The notes under the pieces are model-generated. The model saw nothing but the letters and a program-made list of their open reading frames with translations, made no database searches and was not told the origin of the DNA. Made by a program: the position numbers and the translations under genes. This document shows positions 63,430 to 64,000 of a stretch of 64,000 bases of DNA, one piece after another (the stretch's first letter is position 1; every line of letters begins with the position of its first letter). The stretch spans positions 1 to 64,000 of the forward strand of contig CAVSBT010000025.1 in NCBI GenBank assembly GCA_963726245.1, written 5' to 3'. The stretch is from an uncultured Chloroflexia bacterium. GTDB taxonomy: Bacteria > Chloroflexota > Dehalococcoidia > DSTF01 > JALHUB01.

Positions 63430-63550
63430 TCCGCCGTCCTTTTGGGCTCAGCCGTATCGAAGCCCGCCAGTGCCGGAGGGTGGTGGCGGCAGAGTTGACA
63501 TAAGTGCTCAGCGACAAGCGCATGGTCGTTGGGTACGGCTGGTAGGGGGA

Positions 63551-64000
63551 ATGGCTAGCCTGCTTCAGGTCAAGGACCTGCGCACTCACTTCTTCACCGA
63601 TGAAGGGGTGGTGAAGGCGGTAGATGGCATCAGCTACGATGTCCAAGAAGGCGAGACCATGGGCCTGGTCGGCGAGAGCGGCTGCGGCAAGTCGGTCAGT
63701 GCCCTCTCCATCCTGCGGCTCATCCCTAGTCCGCCGGGCAAGATCGTAGGCGGTGAGATCTGGTTCGAGGGCCAGGACCTCCTGAAGGTCGGCGAGGCCC
63801 AGATCCGGCACGTGAGGGGCAACCGGATCGCCATGATCTTCCAGGAGCCGATGACCTCCCTGAACCCCGTCCTGACCATCGGGCGGCAGATCACCGAGTC
63901 CCTCGAGCTACACCTGAAGATGAACCGGAGCGCGGCCAACCGCCGGGCCGTCGAGCTACTGGAGATGGTGGGCATCCCGGAGGCTCACACCCGCCTCAAG
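63551..64000 (+). CDS. oppD: oligopeptide/dipeptide ABC transporter ATPase (3' partial)
   Basis: LLQVKDLRTHF, KAVDG, GESGCGKS, IFQEPMTSLNP. Confidence 0.92.
   Translation, partial: MASLLQVKDLRTHFFTDEGVVKAVDGISYDVQEGETMGLVGESGCGKSVSALSILRLIPSPPGKIVGGEIWFEGQDLLKVGEAQIRHVRGNRIAMIFQEPMTSLNPVLTIGRQITESLELHLKMNRSAANRRAVELLEMVGIPEAHTRLK

Overview
A GC-rich stretch of core bacterial chromosome. Gene content and protein style point to Chloroflexota, probably Dehalococcoidia; this is an inference, not a database result. It is mostly housekeeping: sucC, serS, rplY, fmt, secG, gatB, xseAB, efp, xerC-topA-dprA, glmU, infC-rpmI-rplT, pheST, moeA-mobB, aroBKCE, aroQ, mltG-ruvX-alaS, a biotin carboxylase with its carrier, thrS with a Thr T-box, four tRNAs (Ser-UGA, Val-GAC, Lys-CUU, Leu-UAG) and a partial oppD. 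There is also a perR-katA-rubrerythrin-FeS oxidoreductase-DUF3501 peroxide-defence operon. Many essential genes carry frameshifts, most likely long-read indel errors. I found no CRISPR array, prophage or transposase. The most interesting signals are: (1) several families of short palindromic elements (GTAG-REP/REPIN-like, CCTGCC..GGCAGG, TGAGC..CGAA, and hairpins built from 7-8 nt tandem units), some apparently inserted in-frame in essential genes (fmt, topA, alaS) or supplying stop codons; (2) a ~250 nt structured, switch-like leader upstream of glmU; (3) an orphan membrane-protein gene between the Thr T-box and thrS; (4) a lipoprotein made only of a SecD P1 domain; (5) a molybdopterin-oxidoreductase fragment bounded by direct repeats between tRNA genes.
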